This document shows, piece after piece, positions 37,151 to 51,449 of a stretch of 64,000 bases of DNA (position 1 is the first letter of the stretch; each line of letters begins with the position of its first letter). The stretch spans positions 25,981,277 through 26,045,276 of the forward strand of contig NC_069004.1 of the NCBI RefSeq assembly GCF_001194135.2. The letters are read 5' to 3'. Source of the stretch: Octopus bimaculoides. Its lineage: Eukaryota. The notes under the pieces were generated by a model that was given only the letters and a program-made list of their open reading frames with translations, was not told the origin of the DNA and made no database searches. The position numbers and the translations under genes were made by a program.

Positions 37151-37690
37151 CAATTGGAAGCTGTTTTATTTTCCACCATACAATAAATATTTGTTGTTGT
37201 TGATCAGTTTGGAGTTTCTGCGTTCAGTTCACTTCTAATTTAACATAGGAAAGTTAGGTGTACATCTAATGATGTATAACCCACTTTCCTAAATATGTAT
37301 GTGTGTGTACATGTTTGCATGTCTGTGTTTGTCCCCCCAACATCGCTTGACAACCGATGCTGGTGTGTTTACGTCCCCGTAACTTAGCAGTTCGGCAAAA
37401 GAGACCGACAGAATAAGTACAAGGCTTATGAGTGAAACAAGTAAAAGAGTAAAAGAGACTATACATATACACAGTCAAAAGGTGAGAGCTAGAGATATAT
37501 CTATATATACATGCATATACAAACATATATATACATACACACACATACAGACATATATATATATATATACATACATATACACGTATACATATGCACACAC
37601 ATATATACATATATACATACACACACACATATATATACATACATAAATACACACATATATATATTGTTATATATATACACACACATATAT

Positions 37691-37885
37691 ATATTGTTAT
37701 ATTTGGGGATGGTCATATTTTTTTGGCTTATTAATCACATGCACTACATACATTTGTTTTTCCCTTCAGTTTCGTTATTATTCTTGTTTTAGTAAGAATA
37801 GTAACAACACTGGAGTGAAGACCAAGTATATATAGCGTATGTAGTTAATTGGCAATAATATGACCATCCCCAAATATAACAATAT
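37691..37885. repeat. Perfect 29-bp inverted repeat around a 137-bp spacer
   Basis: ATATTGTTATATTTGGGGATGGTCATATT at 37691-37719 and its exact reverse complement at 37857-37885. Confidence 0.85.
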
Positions 37886-37914
37886 CTGTTTTAACATATG
37901 ATTTCTCATCAGGA

Positions 37915-38608
37915 ATCTTGCAGAACAAAAGTATCGTGAGAGAAAAGCTGAACATTAGAAGCATCAGTTGTGGTGTGCAAGAGAGACGATTGCGCTGGTA
38001 TGGACATGTGGTGAGAATGGATGAGGATAGCTGCGTGAGAAAGTGCCACACCCTAACAGTTGAGGGAACCCGTGGAAGAGGTAGGCCCAGGAAGACCTGG
38101 GCTGAGGTGGTGAGGCAAGACCTTCGTACATTAGGCCTCACCGAGGCGATGACTACTGACCGAGACCTTTGGAAATGTGCTATGCGTGAGAAGATCCGGC
38201 AAGCCAAGTAAGATCGTTGCCAGTGCCCCTGGACTGGTTCTTGTGCGGGTGGCACATGAGATGCACCATTTTGAGCGTGGCNNNNNNNNNNNNNNNNNNN
38301 NNNNNNNNNNNNNNNNNNNNNNNNNNNNNNNNNNNNNNNNNNNNNNNNNNNNNNNNNNNNNNNNNNNNNNNNNNNNNNNNNNNNNNAAAAGACACCATTT
38401 CGAGAGTGGCCGTTTTCGTGCGGGTGACACGTAAAAGCACCCACTACACTCTCTGAGTGGTTGGCGTTAGGAAGGGCATCCAGCTGTAGAAACTCTGCCA
38501 AATTAGACTGGAGCCTGGTGTTGCCATCCGGTTTCACCAGTCCTCAGTCAAATCGTCCAACCCATGCTGGCATGGAAAGCGGACGTTAAACGATGATGAT
38601 GATGATGA

Positions 38609-38612
<4 letters not shown>
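37915..38612 (+). mobile_element. RTE-clade LINE 3' end (ORF2 C-terminus, structured 3' UTR, (GAT)n tail)
   Basis: REKLNIRSI...ERRLRWYGHVVRMDED...GTRGRGRPRKTW...DRDLWK*, followed by the window's abundant 3' UTR. Interrupted by gap 38282-38386. Confidence 0.9.
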
Positions 38613-38642
<30 letters not shown>

Positions 38643-41143
38643 CACTGGTGATGGTGCCATGTAAAATACACCCAGTACACTCTGTAAAGTGGTTGGCATA
38701 TTAGGAAAGGCATCCGGATGTAAGGATAGCTGTGTAGGTTATATGTTCAACTTTCTAAGCATGTTGTCTTGGGGTTCAACCTTACCGCATGGTACTTTGA
38801 GCAAGTATCCCTCACTGAGGTCACGGGAAGGTCAATATTTTCTGAGTGGCATTCAATATGTGCAGACAATGCTGAGGCCTTTCGTTTATATGTATGTGTG
38901 TGTGTGAATCTGTCTGTCTGTCTGTATGCATGTGTGTAAGTACATGAATGTGCATGCACCTGCACATGCATCTAATAATGGCGTAAATAAGTGTACTGAA
39001 TTGCAGCTCTTTAAACCATTCAATAAATAAGGATCAATAAAAAAAAAAGGTACAGGGATCAATATGAGAGACTGAAACCCTTAAAGGTGTAACACAAACA
39101 TGGCTGCAACTGGTAGAAATTAAGTGTGTGTGATGTTGGCTTGTGGTAAGAAACTTGCTTCCCAACCACATGGTTCTGGTTTCAGTCTCACCGTGTGGCA
39201 CTTTAGGCAAATGTCTTCTACTATAGCCTTGGGACAACCAAAGCCTTGTGAGTGGATCTGGTAGATAGAAACTGAAGGAAGGCGGCGATGAAGGTGGTGA
39301 GCCGGCAGAAACGTTAGCATGCCGGATGAAATGCTTAGCGGTATTTCATCTGACGCTACGCTCTGAGTTCAAATTCCGCCAAGGTCGACTTTGCCTTTCA
39401 TCATTTTGGGGTCGATATAATCGACTTAATCCGTTTGTCTGTCCTTGTTTGTCCCCCCTTGTGGGCAGTAAAGAAATAAGAAACTGAAGGAAGACCATTG
39501 TATGTGTATGTGTCCACTCAACCACTTCACAACCAGTGTTGGTGTGTTTACGTCCCTGTATCTTATCGGTTCAGCAAAAGAGACCGATAGAATATGTACC
39601 AGGATTTAAAAAAAAAAGCTAAACAAAACAAAAAAAAAGTACTGGGGTTGATTCATTTGACTAAAAATTCTTCAAGGTGGTGCCCCAGCATGGTTGCTGT
39701 CTTATAACTGAAACAAGTAAAAGATATATATATATGTATATATATATATGTGGTGTGTGTGTGTGTATGAATACTTCTTGTGTATCCTGTTTTTAGAATG
39801 AGTCCACAGTTTCCTCATGTGTCAGAAGAGACAGTCATCTGAAAGGGTAGGCATCAGTAATGATGCTTGGCTATAAAACATTACCTCAAAAAGTCTAGTC
39901 CAATCCATGACCGTATGCAAAACATAAACACAATGATGCACACACACCTTTTATCTCTTATTTGATTCAGTCATAGATTGCGGCCATACTGGAGCAGCAT
40001 CTTGAAGAATTTTCAGTAGAGAAAATCGACTCCAGCATCTTTTTTTTTAAACCTGGTATTTACTTTATCGGTTTCTTTTGCCAAACTGCAAAGTCAGTAG
40101 GATGTAAATATACCAACAACAGTTGTGAAGTGGTGGTGGGAGATAAAAACAGACACAAGGATACATGCACACATACACACATATATGACAAGCTTCTTTT
40201 AGTTTCCATCTACCAGGTACACTCACAAGGCTTTGGTCAGCTCAAGGACATAGTAAGACACGTGCCCAAATTACCAAGCCTTAGACTGAACTCAGAACCA
40301 TGTGGTTGGGAAACAAATGTTTTACCACACAGCCAATATATTAAACACACACACACACACATATATATATATACAACATTCATGTATACATATATAAACA
40401 CATCACTGTGTGGAACAAGAGCAGCAATTTCTTCAACATTTTTTTTCTCCTATGCAAACCCTCCCCTTTCTTATAAGCTAAGGTAATAAACAAAAAAAAC
40501 CCAAAAACACAAGTATGGCCCACGGCAGGGTACCTTAGGCAAGTGTCTTCTATAATTATGAATCAACAAAGCCCTATAAGCTAATTTAGTAGATGAACTG
40601 TGCAGAAGCCTATAAGGTGTATGTTTGGATGTGTGTGTGTGTGTGTGTGTGTACACTTGTTTCCCGCCATCTGATAACCAGCCTTGGTTTATTTATGTTC
40701 CTATAACTAAGCAGTCAGCAAAAAGACATGACAATAAGTACTGGATTTAAAAACAAAGTTGGGAGTCTATCTGATTGACTAAACTTTTCAAGGTAATCAT
40801 CAGATTGGCTGCCGTCCAATGACTGAAACGAGTAAAAGAATGAAAAGATGTCTGTATTATACCGAAGCCAATCACCGAAGTGTGCGTATATGAATGTATG
40901 TTTATGTGAGAAGACACACACACACACACACTTTACAATTTTATTTTACTGTTTTTTTTTTTTAATTGCTCAGACCAATGAAGAAAAGCAAAACCCTTGC
41001 CCCTTTTCAGGGGTTCTGAGAATAGTGGGTGTGAAAGATAACCCCCCAGATTGAAGACATGACTTGCATGCTAGCAACATAGTCAGCTATGCTATACGCA
41101 CACAACAACCAAATGTTGGTGTTAAAATTGGCGACCGATTAAA

Positions 41144-41406
41144 TTGGTGGGTCTCAACTGGGGTCCAGGTGGCCCTTTTGGGGATCCATATAAGATTTTT
41201 CTGTTAAAAAATAATGAGCAATAAACTGTTTATACTTCTATAAGACACAAAATATTTTAACAATTTTTGAAATACAATTCCTAATAATATTTCATTATAA
41301 AAATATAATAGGATGTTTTTTAACATCAAATGGCTAGATGGGTCCATTCAAAGAAAATAGAAATCAAAAAGGGTTCCATGGGTAAAAAAGGGTTAAGAAA
41401 CACTGG
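41144..41406. mobile_element. Older hAT-type MITE
   Basis: Degenerate termini tggtgggtctcaac / gttaagaaacactg, with internal ggggtcc motifs similar to 7789-8086. Confidence 0.5.
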
Positions 41407-41437
41407 ATTTAAACCTACAACATATACATATACACAC

Positions 41438-41479
<42 letters not shown>

Positions 41480-42429
41480 GCATGCATACCCACACACTAC
41501 ACACATAACTCTGCTAAAAGCATCCCAGGACCAGGTGTTTGTGTTAAAATTGGCAATGGTATATATATAGATGTATATATGTCTTCGTTGAAGATTTGTC
41601 TACGGCTGAACATCCTCCATGTCACCAACTCTCACCTGTTTCCATGCAAGGTAATATTTCCTCATGGCCAGACATTGGATTTTTCCTCAGACGATCGAAA
41701 GCAAATGTCGCCTGCACAACACTGATGCTTGTTTACAACTGCCACACATATGTGTATACACACACACACACACATATATATGTACATATGCATGCACACA
41801 CACATATAAGATGCATATATAATACACAAATACATATAAGTATATATACACACGAATGTACACATAGGTAAAGTGATTCAAAAGCCCTTTTAATATATAT
41901 ATATATATATATAATTCTTATTTTACATTTAGTGAGAAATTCTATTTCTATATAATTTCTAAACCATCTTTCATATTTTGTTACGAATATCTTCATAGAC
42001 ATATCATGGTATATTGTCCTAAAAAATGGTACAAGATATGGTCACTTGCGAATTGCATGAGCATACTTTGTTCGAGCATCCGAAGCAGTCTGGACACCAG
42101 ATGGTAGACCTACTACCCAACTCCCCTGGAATCCCTGAGCCATAGCAAAGTTGAACAAGGGTCACAGGGATGTAATGACCGGAGTGGGGGAGGTAAGAGG
42201 TATAAGGACAGCATAGGATGTATATCAGACTCAACTAACCTCAGCTTTTAGCCAATTTGTATTAATGTCAGAGGGACTTTTAAATTACTTTCAGTTTGTG
42301 TGCATGTATAAATATATATATTACACATGTGCATGTATTTATATATACACATATATACATGTGATCTATCTATCTATATATCTATATCAATATATATATA
42401 GATAGATAGATAGATAGATATATATATAA

Positions 42430-42511
<82 letters not shown>

Positions 42512-43339
42512 CTTTGAAAGCACTCATGCATACGCATTGCCATCAACCACCAAAACCACAACACCAACAAAGCTGACTGTAACAGCATCCACATCACTAG
42601 CATTAATCATATCCGAATCATCATCATCATCATCAGCTGCAGCAATAATTAATATCATAATCATCAACAAAAACATATGAACACCACCATCGACAACAAA
42701 AACATTGATATAAACATCACCATCAAGATTTGAATAGCAACAAGGGAGTACCCCTCTGTGGTCAATCAATGTCCTAGAAATAACAGTCAAATTCACCTCA
42801 ATCTATACTCTACCTTATATTTTTTTTAAAGGAAAAGGTGAAATAGAAAAAAATAAAACTTGGGTGGATGTGCATTGAATAACGTACTCCAACATAGACT
42901 TAGTCTGAAACAAAGAAAACAATAAAAACAAAACAGGATGGTCATGGGTGGAACATCTCTGCTCGATCGGGACGGATTTAGGATTAAGCAACAACAATAG
43001 TATGAACACTCACATCATTGCCACCATCACCATCACCATCATCAGCATCCAGATTATGAGTCATATCAACATGATCCCAAATCATCATCATCGTCATCGT
43101 CATTCATTCATTCATTAGTTGCAGGGAGAGAGAGAGAGAGAAGGAGAGAGGGAAGAACAACCATCGTCAGTAGCAACCTACCCTAGCAGAGCCGAGCGTC
43201 CAGTTCAGCTTGCCCCAATGTCATCATCAACACCATCATTGTCGTCAGCGTCATCGTTGTTATAACCATCGGCATCATCATCATTATCATCGAATGCACA
43301 TTGAGGCCAGCTACGCTGGTAGAATAAGGGGAAGATACG

Positions 43340-43445
43340 ATGTTCAGTGGTGGTGCTTGTGGTGGTGGTGGTGGTGGTGGTGGTGCACCTGCCTGCAGTA
43401 GTGCACTGCTCAAGAGATCGTGGTGCACAACAACAGACGAGAGAG
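43340..43445 (+). CDS. Candidate first coding exon of an unidentified antisense gene (MFSGGACG8[20 protein letters not shown])
   Basis: ATG-initiated 35 codons ending at a consensus donor GAG|gtaagt, in CpG-rich unique DNA with an Inr-like TCAGT near 43168. Confidence 0.35.
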
Positions 43446-43613
43446 GTAAGTAGCCAGCGCCGGTGCAGACTGCACGCTTCACAGCAACAGACATCACGAC
43501 TGATTCACACTGACTTCATGCTGGCATCATCATCATCATCACAAACAGCTTTATCTGATACAGTCATGCACACACACTCTTTCTCTCTCTCTCTATATAT
43601 ATATATATATAAA

Positions 43614-43713
<100 letters not shown>

Positions 43714-43716
43714 CTC

Positions 43717-43749
<33 letters not shown>

Positions 43750-44711
43750 CACATATATATGTATGGATGTGTATATATATATATATGTATGTATTTTTTT
43801 ATTCTCTCATTCTGCAACTCCAGTGCCTCTTCCTCTCTGCCTTTGTTATTCCTCTCCTTCCTCACACCGCTACTCTTTCTATCCTTATTGATATTCACCC
43901 ATCCCACCACCACCAGTTTTTTTTTTCTCCCTTTCTCTGTCATCTCTCACTACTACCACCGTCGCTTCCACTATCTCTCTTTGCATGCCACTCCCACTGT
44001 CAGCATTACTTGCACTACTACCCTCCCCACCTTCTTTACACAACAAAAGCTATGAATCAATATGTGTACGTGTGTGTGTGAGTGTATATATATATGTGTG
44101 TGTGTGTGTATATATATGTGTGTGTGTGTTACTCTGTAACTAAATATACACGTGTGTATGAATGTACAATGTGCGTAGAATTAAATATATCTTGTGTGCA
44201 TGTATGTTCACATACAGTTGTATGCATGTATAAATGTGTGTATATACATATATATAAGCACACACACACGCATATATATTTATGCACACACACATATATA
44301 CATACATACATATATATATATAGTAATAAATCTGTTTATTACGTGTCCAAATAACAGTGCTTTCATACATATAAGGATATATATTTTATACATATACACT
44401 TTATATATACACACNNNNNNNNNNACATGTATGAACATAAATACATACCCACACGCATGCATGTACACATCACATGCATACATATAATATATATACATAT
44501 ACATAATATATATATAGATGCATATGCATGAATATATATATTTTCCTGTGTTCATCCTGTTGTCTGTAAAAAAAAGTTCGTTTTTTTGTGCTTTGTTTAT
44601 GTTCCCGTTCCTTTTTTGACGTCCTGTACCCGGATATGCATCTATATATACATGTAGATGTAGGTATGTACATATATGTATGTATACATTCATATGCTTA
44701 TATATCATTTG

Positions 44712-44752
<41 letters not shown>

Positions 44753-45040
44753 TATATACATATATATATCTATATATATACATACACATATATAAATATA
44801 CATACATACTCACAGATACATAATTCTTTATAAGTATATATGTGTGTGCATTATTATTATTAAAGCAGTGAAGAACTAGAACCGTTGGCATGCCGGGCGA
44901 AATGCTTAACGGTATTTCATCTGTTGCTATGTTCTGAGTTCAAATCCTGCCATGGTCGACTTTGCCTTACAACCTTTCAGGGTCAATATAATCAACTAGT
45001 CCCCTCACCCCAAATTGTGCCCTTAGCAGAAAGGATTATA

Positions 45041-45081
<41 letters not shown>

Positions 45082-45385
45082 GGCAGAGAACTGGCAGAAT
45101 CATTAGCATTGCTGGCAAAATTTTAAGTGGCATTCTGCTTGTCTTTACATTCCGAGTTCAAATCCCACTGCAGTTGACTCAGCCTTTCATCCTTTCAGGG
45201 TCAATAAAATAAGTACCAGTTAAATACTGGGGTATCCCCTTCCCTGAACTTGCTGGTCTTTTGCCAAAATCTGAAACTAATATAAGTAACTGCTACTAAG
45301 AGGGCTGCGTGCCCCCTTCTTTTGTCCACTCACTCACATATATGTATCTCAGTATGCTAGACGCAACAGAAAACCAAAAGGCACA

Positions 45386-45530
45386 AATACAATTGTCACT
45401 AAAAGTGAAAGTGAAACTGCTCTGTTGAACAGAAAACACTCTCTTTATGGCTAAGAGTTGTCTTGACTCTTATTTCTAGCAATGCTGGTGCTGACTTGTA
45501 CCTTTAGTCACTTTTAGTGACGATTGTATT
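45386..45530. mobile_element. MITE-like element with 23-bp inverted termini
   Basis: AATACAATTGTCACTAAAAGTGA ... TCACTTTTAGTGACGATTGTATT (one mismatch). Confidence 0.65.
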
Positions 45531-45961
45531 ATATATACATACGATGAGTATGTAGAGATAAATTATCCGGGTGGGTACCGTAAGAGCTCTCGAGTATAGT
45601 CCAGGTGACGGCTGACCACATCTTGTGGTAAGAAGTATCGAGGGTCACATAGGGTGAGCAATTCCACTGTAATTCTGATGGGTAAATCCAGGGTTCGCTT
45701 CACTAGATTAAGAATAGTTTCAGGAGTGTAATTCCAGCCAAAACAATTACAAAGAATACGAAAACTGGCATATCTTCAAATTATACTGCATAGGCGCAGG
45801 AGTGGCTGTGTGCTAAGTAGCTTGCTTACCAACCACATGGTTCCGGATTCAGTCCCACTACGTGGCACCTTGGGCAAGTGTCTTCTTCAATAGCCTTGGG
45901 CTGACCAAAGCCTTGAGTGGATTTGGTAGACGGAAACTGAAAGAAGCCCGTCGTATATAAG

Positions 45962-46010
<49 letters not shown>

Positions 46011-46629
46011 CTGTGTTTGTCCCCCTAGCATTGCTTGACAACTGATGCTGGTGTGTTTATGTCCCCATCACTTAGCGGTTCGGCCAAAGAGGCCGATAAA
46101 ATAAGTTCTAGGCTTACAAAGAATAAGTCCCGGGGTCGATTTGCTTGACTAAAGGCATTGCTCCAGCATGGCCGCAGTCAAATGACTGAAACAAGTAAAA
46201 GAGAGAGTAATTAACTACAAATTAACAGTTAATTATACAGTATAATTAGTTGTATATATATATATATATATATATTGTACAAGTGTCCATTGTAGCGTCA
46301 GGCTGACTAATACCCCTTGGGTTGATTTTGGTAGATGGAACTGTACAGATGCCTAGAGTGTGTGCATGTGTGTACATAAATACACACACAGATACTTATG
46401 TGTGTGCGTTTATATATACACACCAGTCTAAAAACAGGCCAAACTGTTGTGTCCTTTTATGCCCTCGAGCATAGCAGTTCAACAATCAGAGATCGATAAA
46501 GTAATGGGCTGAAATAATTACTGGCGTCGAGATGATTGGCCAACAGTGGTGCCCCAGGGTCAGTCTAACGACCGACGGCATTTAACGGAAACGAGCAGAC
46601 AAATAAAAGCGAAGCACCGGAGTGTAAGA

Positions 46630-46831
46630 GTTTGAATGTGTGTGTTTGTCTGTCTGTGTGTGTGTGTTTGTCTGTGTGTGTGTGTGTGTGCATGTGTGTG
46701 TGTGCTTGTGTGTGTGTGTGTCTATGTTTGTCTCTCTGTGTGTGTATGTGTGTGTGCGTGTTTGTGTGTGTCTATGTTTCTCTGTGTGTGTGTGTGTTTG
46801 TCTGTGTGTGTGTGTTTGTCTCTGTGTGTCT

Positions 46832-46869
<38 letters not shown>

Positions 46870-47060
46870 CTGTGTGTGTGTGTGTGTGTTTGTGTGTGTT
46901 TGTTTGTCTGTCTGTGTGTTTGTGTGTGTCTATGTTTGTCTGTGTGTGTGTGCGTGTTTGTCTCTGTGTGTGTGTTTGTGTTTGCGTGTGTCTGTGTGTC
47001 TGTCTGTGTATGTTTGTCTATGTTTGTCTCTGTGTGTATGTTTGTCTGTGTGTGTGTGTA

Positions 47061-47096
<36 letters not shown>

Positions 47097-47709
47097 TGCA
47101 AGGGAATTTTTGAGAAGTGTAGGTGGATGTGAAGTGTGGGATGAGGGATAGGGGTGGGTGGGTGACGGCTGGCTGGCTGAATGAAAGAACAAATGAGAGG
47201 AGGAATGTGCAGGGAAATTGACCAACCAGCGAAAATAAACAAAAGCAGTTATGAATGACTGAATGAACAGGTGAGACTGAGAGCTATTGATTGAAACATC
47301 GAGATGAGCAGAGAGAGAGAGAGAGAGAGAAAGAGAGAGGCTGGTGGGAAGAGACACAAATAGAGAGGGGGAGGTGGTAAGGAGAATGGGAGAGAAAGAT
47401 TAAAAGGGGGTGGTATAGAGACAAAGAGAGTGACGACTAGCAGAGAAAGGGAGAAAGCTGAGAGAGAGAAAGTGAGAGAGAAGGAGGAGGAGAAAAATTG
47501 AGGAATAGTAGCAGAGAGAGAAAGAGGAAAGGTGGCTAGCAGAGGGAGAAAGGAGAAGGGGGGGCTGAGAGAAAGAGAGAGGCTAGCACAGAGAGGGGAA
47601 GAGAGATAGAGGCTTGGGGAGAGAGAGAGAGAGGTTAGCTGAAAGAGAAAGAAAGGAGAGCAGAGAGGGTAAGAGAAAAGCTAAGAGAGAAGGACAAATC
47701 CAAAGTGAG

Positions 47710-47767
<58 letters not shown>

Positions 47768-47858
47768 GCAGTTGGCCATAGATCAAAGAGATAAAACACA
47801 CATAAGATAAACAAGATACCCTGACAGCCAGATATAGAGATAGAGAGACAGACTATGT

Positions 47859-47890
<32 letters not shown>

Positions 47891-47900
47891 TGAACAGAGT
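46630..47900. repeat. Compound (TG)n then (AG)n degenerate microsatellite block
   Basis: Directly visible. TA/CA/AG/AAT microsatellites are frequent across the window. Confidence 0.9.
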
Positions 47901-48332
47901 CATGGAGTGTTGGAGAGACAAAAACGCAAAAATGAGTAAGAAGCATCCAGAAAATAAATGGATTGATACAGAAACAGCAGACAGAGGTGTTCTGATAAAA
48001 GAGATGTACAAACTGATATGTGCACAGACAGACGGATGTAGATTAGGTGATGCAGAGGGGCAAGGGGCAGGAATGGCTGTGTAGTTAAAAAGTTTCCTTC
48101 CCAACCCACTCGGTCCCAGGTTCAGTCCCACTGTGCGGCACCTTGGGCAAGCATCTTTTTTACTGTAACCCCAGACTAACTAAAGCCTCGTAAATAGATG
48201 TGGTAGATGGAAACTGAAAAACAACCATTGTATGTATGTGTGTGTGTGCGTGCGTGTGTGTATGTATACCTTTGGTAGTTGAGTATATTTTCTCCACTTG
48301 CTGTGTACCTATGCGCATATACGTGTGTGTGC

Positions 48333-48376
<44 letters not shown>

Positions 48377-48385
48377 CTGCCAAGC

Positions 48386-48430
48386 TCTTCGAAACGCCGG
48401 TGTTAAAACGGGGGTAGCTGATGAAGAAGA
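48386..48430 (+). ncRNA. Permuted (type II-like) hammerhead motif, helix I poorly paired
   Basis: UCUUC-GAA-ACGCCGGUGU-U-AAAACGGGGGUAG-CUGAUGA-A-GAAGA; helix II (5 bp) and a near-palindromic helix III are present. Confidence 0.35.
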
Positions 48431-49610
48431 ATGTTTTCTATGTGGTTTGTGTGTTTTCTCGTCTACGTTTTGTTTGCAATGTCCTGTACCCAGATATGCA
48501 CCTATACATACAGGTGGATGTCGGTATGCACATACCTGTACGTATATATGCATATACTCATTTACTATTTGCTTTTATATATATATATGTATGTCATCAT
48601 CATCATCCAGTGTTTTAAATCCAGGCTTTGTCTCCATTAACGGGGGGTGGCCAGATCTATCTAAATGCCAAAGCAACTGAGGTACCCATATATATGTCCT
48701 GTACCCATATATGCATGTATGTATACATATAAATGTAGGTATGTACATATATGTATGGATATTTGCATATATTTATGCATATATTTGTGCATATATTTGT
48801 GCATTATAGAGCCAGAGATGTCTCAGGTGGGTTGGTATCAAAAAGGTAAGTAATAAAGACAAGGGTAAACAATGACACTGACAAAAAGACAGGTAAACTA
48901 GCACACACCCATATACACAGGTAAATAACACACACGCACACAAAGATAAACCAACAAAAACAACACCAACATTAATAACATACATATACATACTAGTAAA
49001 CAACACAGAAACATACACACAAATAAACAAACATACATACATGCACAGAGACTTGTGCCTCAGAGGGTAACCTTCTAGGTGCCATCCCATGGTCATTCAT
49101 GACTGAAGGGGATCTTTACCCTTCTAGGAGTGGTTGGCGTTGGGAAGGGCATCCAGCTGTAGAAACTTAACCAGATAAGATTGGGGCCTGGTGCAGCCTT
49201 CTGGCTTGCCAGCCCCTAGTCAAACTGTCCAACCCATGCCAGCATGGAAAGCGGACATTAAACAACGATGATGATGATGATGATGACATAGGTTTTTATG
49301 ACAAAGGATCAAGTTTTGATTGGTTATAAATTTGATGATGTCATTCGTTTTTCTCATGGATGTTTTGGTCAAATATTTTTGCTTTAGCAAAGTCCAGAGT
49401 TCTGCTTAGTCAACTTCCGGGTGATGTCATTTGACCAAAGTCCCATGAGTAGATTGGGTGAATGAAAACTGAAAAAAGCCTGTTATTTATGTATGTGATT
49501 GTCTGCTCTTGTCTAGATGCCCTTTGATGGTTGTAAATGAGTAACGGCATAATACAAGTCAGGTTCTTTGTTTCCCAAGCATAACTACGTCATCAACATT
49601 GATATTTTAG

Positions 49611-49684
49611 AAGATTTTGCTTTTATTAAAACTGCTGAAAGTGAGCCTGGATATCTTGCCAATAAGTACAAAAGCTATTGCACA
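49611..49684 (+). CDS. Candidate second exon of the antisense gene (E-DFAFIKTAESEPGYLANKYKSYCT)
   Basis: gatattttag acceptor and ACA|gtaagt donor; 74 nt; phase 1 start is compatible with 43445. No homology recognised. Confidence 0.35.
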
Positions 49685-51449
49685 GTAAGTTTGGTTTATT
49701 ATTATATAATTATGCATTGTCTCTGCTTTTAGACATAAAGGCCTGAAAACTTCTCAGTAAGGTTGGGGTGGCAGAGATTTAACATGATAACAAAGCCACA
49801 ATTAGATCTTTGCTGGTCCTTTCTAAGTGCATGCTGTTCAATTTCAGGTAGGTGTGCCAGTGGCACGTAAAAGCACCCACTACACTCTCGGAGTGGTTGG
49901 CGTTAGGAAGGGCATCCAGCTGTAGAAATTTTGCCAGATCAGATTGAGCCTGGTGCAACTTCTGGCTCACCAGTCCTCAGTCAAACTGTTCAACCCATGC
50001 CAGCATGGATAGCGGACGTTAAACGATGATGACGATGATGATGATGACAATTGAAGCTACGGATATTACCAGCCATCTTGTTCTTGGTCTACTCCTAGAT
50101 CTCTTGTCAGTTGGCTCAGCTTGAAAAATCCATCCTGCAATCCTTTGTTTCAAGATTTTAACCATATAGGCGCAGGAGTGGCTGTATGGTAAGAATCTTG
50201 CTTCCCAACCACATGGTTCTGGGTTCGGTCCAACTGCATGGCACCTTAGGCAAGTGTCTTTTACTCTCACCTCTGACCAAAGCCGTGTGAGTGGATTTGG
50301 TAGACAGAAACTGAAAAGAAGCCCATTGTATATGAGATCGTTGCCGGTGCCCCTGGACTGGCTCTTGTGCGGGTGACACATGAGGTTTTTCGAGCGAGAT
50401 GAGCGTGGCCGTTGCCAGTACCGCCTGACTGGCCTTTGTGCGGGTGACACGTAAAAGCACCCACTACACTCTCGGAGTGGTTGGCGTTAGGAAAGGCATC
50501 CAGTTGCAGAAACTCTGCCAAATCAGATTGGAGCATGGTGTAGCCATCTGGTTTCACCAGTCCTCAATCAAATCGTCCAACCCATGCTAGCATGGAAAGT
50601 GGACGTTAAACGAGGATGATGATGATGATGATATACNNNNNNNNNNCTGGCACTTGTGCTGGTGGCACGTGTAAAGACATTTGAGCGAGATCGTTGCCAG
50701 TACCGCTGGACTGGCTCCTGTGCAGGTGGCACGTAAAATACACCATTTTGAGCATGGCTGTTGCCAGTACCGCCTAACTGGCCTTCGTGCCGATGGCACG
50801 TAAAAGCACCCACTACACTCTCGGAGTGGTTGGCGTTAGGAAAGGCATCCAGTTGCAGAAACTCTGCCAAATCAGATTGGAGCATGGTGTAGCCATCTGG
50901 TTTCACCAGTCCTCAATCAAATCGTCCAACCCATGCTAGCATGGAAAGTGGACGTTAAACGAGGATGATGATGATGATGATATACATACATACATGTATA
51001 CATTTATGTGTGTTTGCGCTTGTCTCCGCCATCACTGCTTCACAACCAGTGTTTGTGTGTTTACATCCCTGTAACTTAGTGGCTCAGCCAAAGAGACTGG
51101 TGGAATACGTACTAATGTGGATTTGTTTGATGAAAACTCTTCAAAGCAGTGCTCCAGCATGGCTGTGGTCAAATGGCTGAAACAAGTAAAAGAATAAAAC
51201 TGTAGGACCAGAGCTGGGTTTCTCAATATGGAGAAATAATAGCTCCTCCACAAGAGACTACCTGATCCATGAGCAAAAAAAAATACACACCTTGTAAAGT
51301 TATGTTATTCCAGAGATCTTTTGCAGGATCCCTCATTTCAGCTGTTTGCATTCGGGTAAAATGGTGACATGGTGGGATTCAAAGCCAAATACCACAAGGC
51401 ACCCATCCGATGCTCCAACAACACTGTCAATTCACCAAGAGAGATGAAA

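Noticed and set aside
50446-50995. Tandem RTE tails sharing ~190 identical bases and private variants
   Set aside because: They straddle a 10-N gap; a gap-filling or haplotype artefact is more likely than gene conversion.
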